Source: Candidatus Magasanikiibacteriota bacterium (GTDB taxonomy: Bacteria > Patescibacteriota > Patescibacteriia > Magasanikbacterales > UBA922). From it: a DNA stretch of 58,175 nucleotides. How positions within the stretch are numbered: position 1 is the stretch's first letter; each line of letters starts with the position of its first letter. The notes beneath the pieces are model-generated. The model was not told the origin of the DNA and did not search any database. It saw nothing but the letters and a program-made list of their open reading frames with translations. The stretch is from contig DOYU01000013.1 in assembly GCA_003518365.1 (NCBI GenBank), positions 12,974 through 71,148 of the forward strand, in the 5' to 3' direction. A program made the translations under genes and the position numbers. Below are positions 16,744 to 26,025 of the stretch, piece after piece.

Positions 16744-16786
16744 AACCTTAAAAACCTTAGCAACCTTACAAACATAAAAAACCTCA
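16744..16786 (+). repeat. phased AACCTTA heptamers upstream of the hup promoter
   Basis: aacctta occurs at 16744, 16753 and 16762, and aacctca at 16780, giving offsets of 9, 9 and 18 nt. Confidence 0.55.
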
Positions 16787-16797
16787 AATCCGCTCTG

Positions 16798-16825
16798 TTG
16801 ACATAAATAATCTTTGTTGTATACT
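16798..16825 (+). promoter_or_regulatory. sigma70-like promoter for hup
   Basis: TTGACA-16 nt-TATACT. Confidence 0.5.
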
Positions 16826-16855
16826 ATGAGTATAGTTTGAAGTAACTTTACTTGT

Positions 16856-17176
16856 ATGAACAAAATAAACAAAGCAGCGCTGGCAGAGCGCATCGCAGAA
16901 AAAGTAGGCGTTTCAAAAAGAGAAGCAGAAGATATGCTCGCAGCGTTTGTCGATACTGTCATGACAACACTACAGCAAGATGGTTCTGTGACTATCGCAG
17001 GCTTCGGTGCATTTAGCGCAAAGACACGTGCAGGACGCACAGGTGTCAATCCCCAAAATCCTAGTGAAAAAATACAAATTCCCCCTGTCACTGTCCCAAA
17101 ATTCAAGGCAGGAAAAGCACTGAAAGATTGTTTGAAAAAGAAAAAACATACTGACAACGTGCCAAGCTCCATGTAG
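16856..17176 (+). CDS. hup: HU family DNA-binding protein
   Basis: 106 aa with GFGAFSAKTRAGRTGVNPQNPSEKIQIP..PKFKAGKALKD. Confidence 0.88.
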   Translation: MNKINKAALAERIAEKVGVSKREAEDMLAAFVDTVMTTLQQDGSVTIAGFGAFSAKTRAGRTGVNPQNPSEKIQIPPVTVPKFKAGKALKDCLKKKKHTDNVPSSM

Positions 17177-17194
17177 TCAATAGTCGTATTGAAG

Positions 17195-17223
17195 ATCCTG
17201 CTTCTTCTCGAGCAGGGTTTTTT
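17195..17223 (+). terminator. Rho-independent terminator after hup
   Basis: Stem cctgct/agcagg followed by T6. Confidence 0.55.
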
Positions 17224-17255
17224 ATCCAAATTCATGGGTATATAAGGAAGTAGGG

Positions 17256-17284
17256 TTGACGAAAGTCATTTTTTTCACTATACT
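17256..17284 (+). promoter_or_regulatory. sigma70-like promoter for the tRNA pair
   Basis: TTGACG-17 nt-TATACT. Confidence 0.45.
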
Positions 17285-17307
17285 CTTGCTCATTGATAAA
17301 AGAGCAA

Positions 17308-17379
17308 GGCGCCATCGTCTAACGGCTAGGACGCCAGGTTCTCATCCTGGTAATCGGGGTTCGATTCCCCGTGGCGCTA
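17308..17379 (+). tRNA. tRNA-Glu (anticodon CUC)
   Basis: 72-nt cloverleaf folded by hand. Acceptor GGCGCCA/TGGCGCT (G1-U72 wobble), anticodon stem CCAGG/CCTGG with loop TTCTCAT, T-arm CGGGG-TTCGATT-CCCCG. No CCA is encoded. Confidence 0.85.
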
Positions 17380-17397
17380 CACAATCTAACATAAAAA

Positions 17398-17471
17398 GTC
17401 AGAGTAGCTCAGTCGGTTAGAGCGTAGGACTCATAACCCTAAGGTCGGCGGTTCGATTCCGCCCTCTGACA
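17398..17471 (+). tRNA. tRNA with CAU anticodon (elongator Met, or Ile2 if lysidine-modified)
   Basis: 74-nt cloverleaf. Acceptor GTCAGAG/CTCTGAC (the G1-C72 pair argues against an initiator), anticodon loop CTCATAA, T-arm GGCGG-TTCGATT-CCGCC. Confidence 0.85.
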
Positions 17472-17527
17472 CATATAGAACAATAAACAAAAAGCAATAA
17501 ACAGAGTATTTGTTTATTGTTAGTTGT

Positions 17528-19318
17528 TTATCTACCCGGAGGAATGTGATAGTAATCCACGAGAAAGGCGCCGACATCAGCAAATACAGGAATAGTGGTA
17601 CTATCGGCATACGCTCGTTTTGGTTTTTCAAACTTGACGAGCATGACAAACTTCGGATCGTCAACAGGACCAAATCCAACAAAAGAATGATTGGTATCAA
17701 CGCTGTATCCACCGGGTCCTGCGATTTGTGCTGTTCCTGTCTTTCCTGCGATATAATACCCCGGAATAGCAGCCGCATGCGCTTGTCCGCTATCAATCAC
17801 ACGTACGAGCATAGCAGAGAGGAGTGATGCAGCATGGCTACTGACAATGTTTCTCAATACTTCTGGGACGGTGCGATCTATTGTTCCGTCAGCATACCGT
17901 ACTTCCTGGACGATGTAAGGTCTCATCACCTTTCCCCCGTTTGCAATTGCTGCAAATGCGCTTGCCATCTGGAGTGGTGTGGCAGTGATCCCCTGTCCAA
18001 ATGATGCAGTTGCCGTATAGCAATCCACATCATCTTTTTTATTGACATACAGTGCGTTGATCGTTCCCGTGGTTTCACTATCAAGTTGGATGCCACTTTT
18101 CACGCCAAAACCAAATGATTCAAGATATGAAATAAACGGATACTTCCCCAGCTGCTGTACAACATGCACCATACCCGTGTTGATAGAATTTTCTAGTACT
18201 CCTGTCATTGTTTGATCTTTGTAGGATTTATTTTCTGCATTTTTAATAGGTTTGGCACAATGTGCATCTACAGATCCGCCATCATAAAAATAGGTATCAG
18301 GCTGTACCTTTTCTTCATTGAGTGCGGCAACCATCGTGATCGGTTTGAAAATAGAACCAGGTTCGTAGGGAGTAAAAATGGTAGTGTTATTATACACACG
18401 GACATCATCTACTTTATTGTACGCATTGGGATCAAAATCCGGCAACGAACACATCACCCGAACGGCGCCTGTTTTTGGATCCAAAATAAGGAGTGAGCCA
18501 CTGGTAGCCCCATACTCCTCCATCGCCACTCGCATGCGCTCGCACGCCTTATACTGCAGTGTTCTATCCAGGGTGAGCAAGATATCGGCTCCATCTTTTG
18601 CCGGCTGAAAGGATTTGCCTGCAAACGCAATCACGCCGCCTTTCAGACTTTTACTGGCTTCAAGAAATCCACCTGTACCAGCAAGTTCTTCCTGCCAATA
18701 TCCTTCGATGCCATATCGACCTATGTCACTTCCATCATCCATCTTTCCCACAAATCCAATTGTTTGCGCTGCCAGAGATCCTTCTGGATAATAGCGAACT
18801 GCCTGACGAACAAATCCCAGACCAGGCAGATCCTGAGCTCTGAGACTTTCTGCAAGTGTTTCTTCAACGCCCTGTTCAATCGGCTCGTACGGATCGTCTT
18901 TTCCATTGATTCTATAAAATACGTCTAATTTTTTTTCATCATCATATGAAAATGCGGCTGCCAATGCATCTGCGACATGCGTAGCGTCATCTTCAGTCTC
19001 AAGTTCACGTGTATCGACAAATACCGTAAACACATCCTTGTTGATAGCAAGAGGAAATTCCTCACCTGTACGAGAGTCCTGAATATACACACTGCCTCGA
19101 TCTGGAAAGAGCTGTTCATAAAGTGTATGTGAGCCTGCTGCCAATGCGGTATAAAATCCATGTTGCAAGATCATGAGAAAAAAAAGACGCACAACAAGAA
19201 TACAGGTAATACCGACGACAGAAAGCGCGGCAATCTTAAGCCGCGCTGTTTCTGCGGCTGCTTCATCATAATGAGACGCCACAGCACTATTTCTACTTCG
19301 AATTCTCATTCGTGACAT
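17528..19318 (-). CDS. penicillin-binding protein 2 / FtsI-type peptidoglycan D,D-transpeptidase
   Basis: 596 aa with an N-terminal TM and the motifs SIFK (SxxK), SIN (SxN) and KTGT. Confidence 0.9.
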   Translation of the reverse strand: MSRMRIRSRNSAVASHYDEAAAETARLKIAALSVVGITCILVVRLFFLMILQHGFYTALAAGSHTLYEQLFPDRGSVYIQDSRTGEEFPLAINKDVFTVFVDTRELETEDDATHVADALAAAFSYDDEKKLDVFYRINGKDDPYEPIEQGVEETLAESLRAQDLPGLGFVRQAVRYYPEGSLAAQTIGFVGKMDDGSDIGRYGIEGYWQEELAGTGGFLEASKSLKGGVIAFAGKSFQPAKDGADILLTLDRTLQYKACERMRVAMEEYGATSGSLLILDPKTGAVRVMCSLPDFDPNAYNKVDDVRVYNNTTIFTPYEPGSIFKPITMVAALNEEKVQPDTYFYDGGSVDAHCAKPIKNAENKSYKDQTMTGVLENSINTGMVHVVQQLGKYPFISYLESFGFGVKSGIQLDSETTGTINALYVNKKDDVDCYTATASFGQGITATPLQMASAFAAIANGGKVMRPYIVQEVRYADGTIDRTVPEVLRNIVSSHAASLLSAMLVRVIDSGQAHAAAIPGYYIAGKTGTAQIAGPGGYSVDTNHSFVGFGPVDDPKFVMLVKFEKPKRAYADSTTIPVFADVGAFLVDYYHIPPGR

Positions 19319-19342
19319 ATGAGCGTGTATCTCAGTCAGGAC

Positions 19343-20377
19343 CTAAACCAGGCGTTGTTTTTCCATTCTCTTTTTCGCTGTTTCCTTGTCTATCAATTCT
19401 TCTTTTTCGAGTGCTTCGATAGATCGCTGCATGGATATCATGCCCTCTTTTGCATTTGTCTGAAGAACACTTGGAATTTGCGCAATATTATTTTCTCGAA
19501 TCAAGTTAGCAACCGCGGGTGTATTGATAAGAATTTCTCGCGCCGCAACACGTTTTCCATCTACGGTTGGGATGAGTTGTTGAGAAATAACCACGCGCAG
19601 TACGGCGGCAAGCTGAATCAATACTTGTTTTTGTTTTGGTCCATCAAATACATCAACAATACGTTCGATTGCTTCCGCAGCTGAAGAAGTATGCAATGTA
19701 GAAAAAACAAGATGGCCTGTTTCAGCAGCTGTCAGGACAGTGGCAATGGTTTCAGGATCACGCATTTCGCCGACAACCACGACATCGGGATCTTGACGTA
19801 ACACATGTTTGAGTGCACTAGCAAAGGAGGGAGTATCTATCCCTATTTCTCGTTGCTCAATCAAACTTTCTTTATCATCAAATACAAACTCAATAGGATC
19901 TTCAATCGTCATGATATGCGCTTTTCTATGCGTATTGATTTCTTCAATCATTGCGGCGATTGTTGTGGATTTTCCATGTCCTGTCGGACCAACCACGAGT
20001 ACAAGCCCATCCAAAAACCCAGACACGTTATTGAGTACCGGTTCAAATCGGAGTGTTTCTGGCGTAGGGATGTCTTTTGGGATGAGACGTGCTGCAATAC
20101 CTTCTTTTCCATCTTGTCTGTGTATATTCACACGAAAACGAACGTCCCCATGTGTATAACTAACATCCACGTCTTTCTTTTCTTCAAAATCTTTTTTTTG
20201 TGATGCCGAAAGGATTTCATTCACGAGAGATGTCAGGGTGGCTTCTGTGAGTGGCTTATCCGCCAATTCGGTAAGGATACCTTCGACCCGGATCATAGGC
20301 AATTCCCCTGCCACAAGATGAATATCTGAAGCACCAGCTTCTACGGCTTTATCAAAATATGTTCCAAGAGATGCCAT
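19343..20377 (-). CDS. pilT: type IV pilus retraction ATPase PilT
   Basis: 344 aa with GASDIHLVAG, GPTGHGKSTT and HLVFSTLHTSSA. Confidence 0.9.
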   Translation of the reverse strand: MASLGTYFDKAVEAGASDIHLVAGELPMIRVEGILTELADKPLTEATLTSLVNEILSASQKKDFEEKKDVDVSYTHGDVRFRVNIHRQDGKEGIAARLIPKDIPTPETLRFEPVLNNVSGFLDGLVLVVGPTGHGKSTTIAAMIEEINTHRKAHIMTIEDPIEFVFDDKESLIEQREIGIDTPSFASALKHVLRQDPDVVVVGEMRDPETIATVLTAAETGHLVFSTLHTSSAAEAIERIVDVFDGPKQKQVLIQLAAVLRVVISQQLIPTVDGKRVAAREILINTPAVANLIRENNIAQIPSVLQTNAKEGMISMQRSIEALEKEELIDKETAKKRMEKQRLV

Positions 20378-20380
20378 ACA

Positions 20381-20698
20381 CTATTTTTTCACTTCTTTTT
20401 TAAATGTCGCCCACTGACTACTGAGCAAACGAACAAGAATATTTTTGACACGTACTGCCATGCCATTGTCTACTGCATATTTGTCAACTGTTTTTTTCAC
20501 AAGCGCCACATAGGTATTTTTGTTCATTTTTTCTATGGCACCACTTTCTTCTACTTCTTTTTTTATCTTTTCATATATATCAGCAGCTTGATCAACAAGC
20601 TGAGTGCGATATTGTTTTCCCTTTGTGGTTGTATTGAGCCAGACAATGGCTGCACCGAGAACCCCACCGAGAACGACGCCCTTGTTAAACTTGCCCAT
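20381..20698 (-). CDS. YtxH-like small protein
   Basis: 105 aa with the N-terminal helix GVVLGGVLGAAIVWL followed by a charged helical region. Confidence 0.55.
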   Translation of the reverse strand: MGKFNKGVVLGGVLGAAIVWLNTTTKGKQYRTQLVDQAADIYEKIKKEVEESGAIEKMNKNTYVALVKKTVDKYAVDNGMAVRVKNILVRLLSSQWATFKKEVKK

Positions 20699-20738
20699 AT
20701 GTTTTGAAGTTATATAAGTACTGATAGTATAGCAACAT

Positions 20739-21917
20739 TTACCTGTTCTTCACAAGTTCGGCATACCACGCTTCGAGCTGATCTATAATGCGAGGCCACG
20801 CATAGACGTCGAGAGCCACTTGACGAGCTATGTGAGAAAAATCTTCCTTGTTTTGAGGATCAAAAATATACCCGGCGATAACTTCTGCCAAGGCGAAATC
20901 ATCTCCTGGAGGAAACACCATGCCAGCATCTTCCGCAACACTCCGTACACCAGCAAGGTCACTCGCAACCACAGGCACTCCACTCGCCAAGGCTTCGAGA
21001 AGTACCATGCCAAAGGCTTCACCACGTGTCGTAGAAGGTAAGACAAACAGGTCTGCCGCATTGTACACAATTGGCAACAACGCATCTTCGACATACCCAA
21101 GAAACTTGACACTTTCCTGAAGGCCATATCCTTTTGCCTGAGCTTCATATCGAGCTCTCAGGTCTCCATCTCCCACAAAGAAGGCTTGTACGCTATAATC
21201 GTTCTTTTTAAGCCTCAGAAGTGCCTTAAGGAGAACATCCACGCCTTTAAAATAATGTGCTTGGTCCATTCCACCAACAAAGAGAAGCGTAGGGAGAGAA
21301 GGATCAAATCCTGCGTCTTGAAATAAATCCATCGGCTTTTCTCTTGGCTGAAATCTATCGACATCTACCCCAAAAGGAAGCTCACGCCACTTTTCTCGAG
21401 ATGTCTGAAAAAGGGGTAAGGCATCACTTGCTTTAAGATAGTCAAAGGAACTGCCAATGAGCAGATCTGCACTCCCAAGAATTCGTGGCATCCAAAAAGC
21501 ATTGTAATATTTGAAAAATAATCCTTTCCACCCCGGTGCACGTGAATCCATGTGATATGTAATTACAAGAGGCTTCTCTGGATTCCGGAGTTTCCATTTT
21601 CGGACAAGATTTGCTGTTCCAAAAAATGGATAATGCAAATGAACAAGATCAAATCTATCAAGCTCTTTTGTTATTTCAGGAATATGTGCAGCATTTCCAT
21701 ACTGCACACGAGGGGTAATGCGACGTGCATAATCAACCTGCTCTTTTACAGGTTCCTCAAAATTTTCTGGTGAGGTACCTGGTTGTGTTTGATAGAGAGG
21801 CGTCAGTACTTCGACCTCATGTCCACGTTTTCCAAGTTCTTGTACTGTTTGTAACACAACATTGCCCATGCCACCATAGTACGGAGGATACGAACAGACA
21901 ATGTGTGCTATTTTCAT
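20739..21917 (-). CDS. glycosyltransferase family 4
   Basis: 392 aa starting MKIAHIVCSYPPYYGGMG, with EAFGMVLLEALASGVPVV (E-x7-E region). Confidence 0.85.
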   Translation of the reverse strand: MKIAHIVCSYPPYYGGMGNVVLQTVQELGKRGHEVEVLTPLYQTQPGTSPENFEEPVKEQVDYARRITPRVQYGNAAHIPEITKELDRFDLVHLHYPFFGTANLVRKWKLRNPEKPLVITYHMDSRAPGWKGLFFKYYNAFWMPRILGSADLLIGSSFDYLKASDALPLFQTSREKWRELPFGVDVDRFQPREKPMDLFQDAGFDPSLPTLLFVGGMDQAHYFKGVDVLLKALLRLKKNDYSVQAFFVGDGDLRARYEAQAKGYGLQESVKFLGYVEDALLPIVYNAADLFVLPSTTRGEAFGMVLLEALASGVPVVASDLAGVRSVAEDAGMVFPPGDDFALAEVIAGYIFDPQNKEDFSHIARQVALDVYAWPRIIDQLEAWYAELVKNR

Positions 21918-21949
21918 AGGAAGTTATATGCAATAAGCAGGCTCGCTGT

Positions 21950-22288
21950 TTATTGTTTATTGCTTATTGTTTGTTTCAAGGCATCCTTTCGGACAATGGT
22001 CGTTATATCACGTTCTATTTCATGAAGTTTTACATGCAGACGGAAGAGGACAAAAAAAATAAGCGCAAAGGAAACATAGGTAACCAAATCCGTTCCACGA
22101 CCAATACCTAGATGATTTGCAAACACCGTCACACTCTGTGGGAGGAAGACAACCACGTCAGCAAGTATCCAAAATACCATCCAGAATGCTGTCCCAATGC
22201 TTGACATGGCACTATCCTTTTTTCGTTGTATCACAGCGCCGATAGCAAACAATGAAAACAAGAGAAAAAGAAATTGAAAGATAATCAT
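21950..22288 (-). CDS. DUF2304-like small membrane protein
   Basis: 112 aa with three to four TM segments, directly downstream of the GT2 gene as is typical for DUF2304. Confidence 0.6.
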   Translation of the reverse strand: MIIFQFLFLLFSLFAIGAVIQRKKDSAMSSIGTAFWMVFWILADVVVFLPQSVTVFANHLGIGRGTDLVTYVSFALIFFVLFRLHVKLHEIERDITTIVRKDALKQTISNKQ

Positions 22289-22315
22289 ACAAAAAAAATT
22301 CTAATTACTAATACG

Positions 22316-22975
22316 TTATTTACTAAACTTTCCAAGCAATAAATCTCTCACAACACGAATTCCCCCGCCAATCCCCTGTCCATATTCATGATACATGACA
22401 GATACAGGAACTTCCATATAGCGAAGCCCATGTTTTTTTACCAGTGCTGGGATTTCACTTGCATGCGCCATTCCCGAATGCGTCAATGACAGGGTATGTA
22501 ATGCATTTTTATTGAACAATCGGAAGCCATTGTGTGCATCAGAGAGCTTCAAACCTCCAAACATTCGATCAACCAACTTTCCGATCGGTCGCAAAAGATA
22601 TTTCTTCGTCCACGGCACGTTTGAACGGGAATCTTTATATCGCGACCCAAAAATAATATCTACCTGTGCATGTTTCAAGAGAGAAAGTGCAGGGAGAATA
22701 TCATCAACAGAAAATTGTCCGTCCGCATCAAAATGAAGGATATACTCCGCACCAACACGTCTTGCATAGACGTGTCCTGTTTCGAGAGCAGCCCCCTGTC
22801 CCCTATTGAGTCTATGTGTAAGTACGGTAGCTCCTGCCTGCCAAGCAATCTCCGCCGTATCATCAGTCGAGCCATCATCTACCACGAGCACGGTATCGAC
22901 ATGCAAAAGAAGACTCCGGACAACGGAGCCTACTCGCTTGGATTCATTGTATGCTGGAACAATGGCCAAAAACAT
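22316..22975 (-). CDS. glycosyltransferase family 2 (polyprenyl-phosphate sugar synthase-like)
   Basis: 219 aa with AIVPAYNE..VVDDGSTDDT..DADG. Confidence 0.8.
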   Translation of the reverse strand: MFLAIVPAYNESKRVGSVVRSLLLHVDTVLVVDDGSTDDTAEIAWQAGATVLTHRLNRGQGAALETGHVYARRVGAEYILHFDADGQFSVDDILPALSLLKHAQVDIIFGSRYKDSRSNVPWTKKYLLRPIGKLVDRMFGGLKLSDAHNGFRLFNKNALHTLSLTHSGMAHASEIPALVKKHGLRYMEVPVSVMYHEYGQGIGGGIRVVRDLLLGKFSK

Positions 22976-22987
22976 AATGCCAGTACC

Positions 22988-24028
22988 TTACATCCGCTGG
23001 TCAGACAAATCAAGCATTTCCTTGTTTGCGATAGTATAATCTATTGTTTTTCGAAGGCCTTCCTCAAGACGAACAAGCGGAATCCAACCCAACTCTTCTT
23101 TTGCGCGAGTCAAATCTGGCATGCCTTTTTTTGTCAGAAATTCTAGTGGGGCTTCAAACTTTATCCGAGATGTGGATCCGGTCATATCAATAATCTTTTG
23201 CGCGACATCGACCATTCGTATCGGCTCATCAATTCCCAAATTGACAATGGAAATATCAGGCTCAGCATGCATCAGTCGCACGAGACCATCGACCATGTCA
23301 GAAATATAGCATAAGGACTGCACAAATGTTTCATCACCATAAATAATCAAATCGTGCCCCGCAAGCGCATCGAGAATAAAATCTGGGACAAGAAGTCCGT
23401 CTCGCAATTTCATGCGTGGTCCATAGGTGGTAAACACACGGGCTATTTTTGTATCAATACCATGCACTTGTCGATATGTTTCTACACAGGTCTCTGCAAA
23501 TCGTTTTCCTTCATCATAGCATGCACGTGGAGATAAATGATCAACAATTCCCTCCTCATCTTCCTGCAACATGTCGCGATCATCAGGATCACCATACACC
23601 ACAGAACTAGAAGTAAACAAATACTTTGCTCGGTATTTCACTGCCAAGTCAAGCGTGGAAAGGATCGCTCGAGAATTGGCATGGAGAGAATGTAATTTTA
23701 AATTTTGAAAATTTTTAGGACTTGTGGGACATGCCAAATGATACACTTCCTGGATACCCTGATATTTGATAGAAAATTTATCAAGTTCTGGAAATTCACT
23801 CAGGTCAAGATGATGCGTCGCATCGTACTTGATGAATTCAAAGTCAGGATACTGTAATAAATGATCAATGTTTTGAATACTCGAATTGGAAAGATCATCC
23901 ACACAAATTACTTTTGCTTCTTTGAGCAATCGTTCACACAGATGTGCGCCAAGAAACCCAGCTCCACCGGTCACAAGGACATTTTTTTTTTCGAAAATAG
24001 GAGTTTGATCAATCATACTGTGTATCAA
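22988..24028 (-). CDS. SDR-family NAD-dependent sugar-nucleotide decarboxylase/epimerase, UXS-like
   Basis: 346 aa with [23 protein letters not shown] and YDEGKRFAE. Confidence 0.8.
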   Translation of the reverse strand: MIHSMIDQTPIFEKKNVLVTGGAGFLGAHLCERLLKEAKVICVDDLSNSSIQNIDHLLQYPDFEFIKYDATHHLDLSEFPELDKFSIKYQGIQEVYHLACPTSPKNFQNLKLHSLHANSRAILSTLDLAVKYRAKYLFTSSSVVYGDPDDRDMLQEDEEGIVDHLSPRACYDEGKRFAETCVETYRQVHGIDTKIARVFTTYGPRMKLRDGLLVPDFILDALAGHDLIIYGDETFVQSLCYISDMVDGLVRLMHAEPDISIVNLGIDEPIRMVDVAQKIIDMTGSTSRIKFEAPLEFLTKKGMPDLTRAKEELGWIPLVRLEEGLRKTIDYTIANKEMLDLSDQRM

Positions 24029-24036
24029 CTATAGTA

Positions 24037-26025
24037 TTAATAATTAATCGCAGTAATATCAGAAAGTGAATATGTTTGAAATATATTCCATTCTGCAATT
24101 TTTTTTGATTTATTTGTCCATACACGTACAACTTCCGTATTGTTGTATGGAATGGTTACCACATCATCTTTTCCATCGGAATCATGGTCCGTAACGAGCA
24201 AAGAAAACCCACTCTGATATGCAGAGTACACTGAAAAAGTTCTTTTATAGGTCCCGTCCGCATCATAATAGCTCACATAGGGACGCTCACCGACAGCTCC
24301 ACCTAAGACAACTTCATCCTGCAGATCCCCATCAATATCTCCAACCGCAATATTTCCAAGCAGTGATAATGAATGTACTTGAAAAGAACTATGCGCCTCT
24401 TCCAAAGATTCCGTAAATATTTGTACAGTTAGAACATCCTCTTGCTTAGATACTGTATACAAATCCCCTTTTGCAGATACTGCCATTGAAACGCCACCAT
24501 GTGGCACGTGTAACGCGTACGTTGCTGTCAACACGCCTTTTTGGCTATATACCCAAAATACTGTTGTTGCCGCATATGTTGGAGACAATATGATGTCATC
24601 TTGTTTCATTGCAATTTCCAAAGGTCCTGATGCAGGCACGACAAAACCTCCAATTTCATTCCAATCTCCTGATATGTCGTATATGGTTACTCGTCTTGTA
24701 CTACGGGTATCTTTTTTCGTAGTTACCAAAACCGTCGTATTCTCTTTTCGTTTCACAACAAAATCATCGATACCTTTGAGTGCCTCATGGTTTTCTATGG
24801 ACAAGACATCTCCCGTCATGTTTTGGCTCATTCCCAGCGACGGTGATACAAACCACAGGGACTCCTCAGATGGACGCTGCGTTATTTGTGCATAGGCATA
24901 CGCCACAGCTTTATCTACTTGAAGTAATCCAGCACCAAATAAATTTTCATATTCCCGTTCGTCCTGTCCAGAGGTATGATGCACTGTAGAAAGCAACGCA
25001 TCATAAATCTGACGAGCTCCCCAAAATGGTTGGATACTCTTTATCAACGCAGCAGCACCACTCACTAAAGGAGTAGAAAATGAGGTCCCTGCCCATCCAG
25101 GGAGGTACTGATCTGACAATCCATGTGTGGGAGAAAATCGTACCGTGCTTGTGATATCCTCACCAGGAGCCGTGATATCCACACATGTCAACCCACTATT
25201 TGAAAACATACTCAATCGATGTTCCCTAGTGATAGAACTTACACCCAGTATGTGCACTTCATCACTCAGTGCGTCAGCGCATATCGGATCCAATGGATAT
25301 ATATTCAGATCCTGTCTCGTATTGCCTGCAGCAGCGACTACCACAACATCATGATCGTATGCATATTCAATGGCATCATGAATATCCTGATCCGTCGTTC
25401 CCACCATGCTCATGTTGATCACATCGGCACCATTGTCAACGGCATAATAGATTGCTTCATCGAGCATAGTCAATGTCCCTCTCCCCGTTTCATCCACCAC
25501 ACGCAAATTCATCAGTCGAACATGTGGAGCCACCCCACTGATCCCTTTTCCATTTCCTCCTACAGCACCAATAAGGCCTGCAACGGCAGTGCCATGATGT
25601 ACGATGCCTTCTTCTTTTTCTACAGGATTCAACGCTGACACACGAGGTCTCGGATCATTCGTCCCTATCAGTTCGCTATCATCGAGAGCACCATCTTTAT
25701 TGATATCTTCTGGAATAAAACTCCAGCCCCACACATCATCAATATATCCATTATGATCATCATCAATATTGTTTGAAGGAATTTCATCTTCATTTTTCCA
25801 GACATTGTCGCGCAAATCAGGATGAAAGGTATCAAATCCATTGTCAATAACAGCCACGACAACATCCTTCGACCCCTGTGTATAATCCCAGGCTGCATAG
25901 ACACCAATATCCTGAAACGCCCATTGTTCGTACAATGGATCAGAAAGATTTGCCGCATTTGCCGGTCCAGCGATGACAACACACGCGAATATGGTAACGA
26001 TAGTAGGAAAATACTTACAATGCAT
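24037..26025 (-). CDS. secreted S8 (subtilisin-like) serine peptidase with a C-terminal FG-GAP/VCBS-like region
   Basis: 662 aa with a signal peptide, the triad contexts VAVIDNGFD, HGTAVAG and GTSFSTPLVSGAAAL, and C-terminal VGDIDGDLQDEVV and DHDSDGKDDVV. Confidence 0.88.
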   Translation of the reverse strand: MHCKYFPTIVTIFACVVIAGPANAANLSDPLYEQWAFQDIGVYAAWDYTQGSKDVVVAVIDNGFDTFHPDLRDNVWKNEDEIPSNNIDDDHNGYIDDVWGWSFIPEDINKDGALDDSELIGTNDPRPRVSALNPVEKEEGIVHHGTAVAGLIGAVGGNGKGISGVAPHVRLMNLRVVDETGRGTLTMLDEAIYYAVDNGADVINMSMVGTTDQDIHDAIEYAYDHDVVVVAAAGNTRQDLNIYPLDPICADALSDEVHILGVSSITREHRLSMFSNSGLTCVDITAPGEDITSTVRFSPTHGLSDQYLPGWAGTSFSTPLVSGAAALIKSIQPFWGARQIYDALLSTVHHTSGQDEREYENLFGAGLLQVDKAVAYAYAQITQRPSEESLWFVSPSLGMSQNMTGDVLSIENHEALKGIDDFVVKRKENTTVLVTTKKDTRSTRRVTIYDISGDWNEIGGFVVPASGPLEIAMKQDDIILSPTYAATTVFWVYSQKGVLTATYALHVPHGGVSMAVSAKGDLYTVSKQEDVLTVQIFTESLEEAHSSFQVHSLSLLGNIAVGDIDGDLQDEVVLGGAVGERPYVSYYDADGTYKRTFSVYSAYQSGFSLLVTDHDSDGKDDVVTIPYNNTEVVRVWTNKSKKIAEWNIFQTYSLSDITAINY

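Noticed and set aside
16702-17235. 177-aa minus-strand ORF.
   Set aside because: It overlaps hup antisense and runs through the hup promoter and terminator. The HU reading frame is the real gene.
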